DNA of 31,633 bases, the filler included, from an uncultured virus (IMG/VR IMGVR_UViG_2061766007_004010) (taxonomy: Duplodnaviria > Heunggongvirae > Uroviricota > Caudoviricetes). It is 4 parts of one record of this genome, joined end to end, with 100 filler letters (N's around TTAATTAATTAA, not from the genome) between each part and the next. Parts side by side here need not be neighbours in the genome. Positions count along the whole stretch, not along the records: positions 22,256 to 31,633 come from IMGVR_UViG_2061766007_004010; 3 more parts are not named here. One strand, 5' to 3'. The notes beneath the pieces were generated by a model. The model worked only from the letters and a program-made list of their open reading frames with translations. It was not told the DNA's origin and made no database searches. Of this stretch, positions 30,001 to 31,633 are shown piece by piece; within the stretch, counting starts at the first letter, position 1, and each line of letters starts with the position of its first letter. The position numbers and the translations under genes were made by a program.

Positions 30001-31633
30001 GGACCCCGAAGGCAATGGACTGACCTATACCATCGTCGGCGATACGCACGGCTTCACCGTCGACAGCACCGGGAAGATTACCAATACCGTTCCGTTCGAC
30101 TACGAGACCGAAAAGACCGCCACGATTACGGTCAAGGTTTCCGACGGGACCAAGACCTCAACCGCTACGGTCAAGATTGTCGTCGACAACGTGAACGAGC
30201 CCGTCCACGCCACGGATACGACATTTGCCGTCGAGGAGGGGAAGACCGGGGTAATCGGGACGGTCCCCGCATCCGACGAGGACAGGACCCCGGTGAAGTA
30301 TTCCGTTACCGACACGGCGAAATATTCCATCGACTCCACCGGGAACCTCACCCTGAATACCCCGTACAACTACGACGATACCAAGGCCGACACGGTCAAG
30401 GTCGTCGTCACGGACGGCGAGTTCTACGATACTGCGAAGGTCGTGGTCAATGTCNNNNNNNNNNGCTGAATACCCCGTACAACTACGACGATACCAAGGC
30501 CGACACGGTCGAAGTCATCGTCACGGACGGCGAGTTCTACGATACTGCGAAGGTCGTGGTCAATGTCATCAACCGAAACGAGCCTCCCGTGCTCCAGCCG
30601 AACGACTCGCTCACTGTCCCGGAGAACTGCGGGAACTGCATCGTCGGCATCATCACGGCGGCCGACCCGGACAAGGATACCCTGACGTTCAAGGTCCTGG
30701 AACCGGGTTTCACCATCGACTCCAACGGCGTACTCAAGCTCACCGACCCGCTCGACTACGAGACGACCCCGGAAGTCAAGGTGACCGTTACCGTCAGCGA
30801 CCCTGCCGGAGCTTNNNNNNNNNNTGACCCCGACAAGGATACCCTGACGTTCAAGGTTCTGGAACCGGGTTTCACCATCGACTCCAACGGCGTNNNNNNN
30901 NNNTCAAGGTTCTGGAACCGGGATTCGCCATCGACTCCAACGGCGTCCTCAAGCTCACCGACCCGCTCGACTACGAGNNNNNNNNNNTCGAACACCTTCG
31001 TGGCGTAGACCGTCCCGTCGGGGTTCACGGAGATTCCGTCGGCCGGGACGAGGACTTCCAGGGCGTTGTCGCGGAAGGAAGCCGGGATGTCCTGGTCTGC
31101 CCACTCAATCTTGCCGATTTTCGCCGGGACGGGGAGGTTCTCGCTGAACTNNNNNNNNNNCTCCTTCTCGGAGTAAACGCCGGTGGAGTCGAACAGCGGG
31201 CGGGGGGTGTAGTCGGCGTCGATGATGCGGNNNNNNNNNNTCCACTCAATCTTGCCGATTTTCGCGGGGACGGGGAGGTTCTCGCTGAACTTGACCTTCG
31301 CGGTAGTAATTTCCGGGGCCTCGTTGAGGTCGATTACGGATACCGGGATGTATCCCGTGACGGAATACCCGGCGGTGTCCTTGAGGGTGACCTTGATGGT
31401 ATCCACCGGGGTAGTTTCGTAGTCTACCGGGGTAAGCAGGGTAAGCACGCCGGTGACGGAATCCAGCGAGTAGCGGCCCGCGTATGCGGAATCCAGGACG
31501 AACCTGGTGGAGTCGGAGCCGTTCACAATCTTGATGTTGTCGACGACGCCGGTGTAGTTNNNNNNNNNNCGCCGGGTTGCCCCTGTCGTACACGCGGACG
31601 GTAAGCTCGATTTCCTTCGGGTCCGTCTCGTAG
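30001..31633. CDS. Further cadherin-repeat fragments and alleles in mixed orientation
   Basis: 30001-30977 (+) extends the 24225-24467 fragment by two more repeats. 30988-31633 (-) duplicates parts of 23455-24020. Confidence 0.8.

Noticed and set aside
1..31633. tRNA, rRNA, CRISPR array or stop-codon recoding
   Set aside because: None was recognised by eye. Genes end at TAG, TAA and TGA with tight coupling to the next gene, consistent with the standard code.

Overview
This window is not a contiguous genome segment. It is a patchwork of short contigs joined by 10-N spacers, longer N gaps and three artificial TTAATTAATTAA six-frame-stop linkers. Many loci appear two or three times as slightly diverged alleles in mixed orientations, which points to several strains of one population being co-assembled. 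Fragment overlaps allow much of the locus to be rebuilt. It looks like an accessory region of a large, GC-rich lytic (jumbo-type) phage, probably infecting a Fibrobacter/FCB-group host. Both the phage and host calls are inferences, from the TAnnTTTG-type promoters, the gene content and a Fibrobacter-style cadherin surface protein; no capsid or terminase gene is visible. The main content is: (i) an RNA-repair-like toolkit of a T4 Rnl1-type ligase, the tail of a second Rnl2/DRB0094-type ligase, an RlaP-type nucleotidyltransferase, a calcineurin-like phosphoesterase, a CX5R phosphatase and an AEP/Prim-Pol-like protein; (ii) a NadD-like/Nudix fusion in which both active sites look degenerate; (iii) an IF3 homologue with a tandemly duplicated N-terminal domain, in a genome where several promoters imply leaderless mRNAs; (iv) a very large secreted multi-cadherin protein transcribed divergently from a phosphoesterase plus two glycosyltransferases; and (v) an HNH protein, a ParB-like protein and a probable head-packaged protein. 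All family assignments come from motif recognition by eye; no searches were run.
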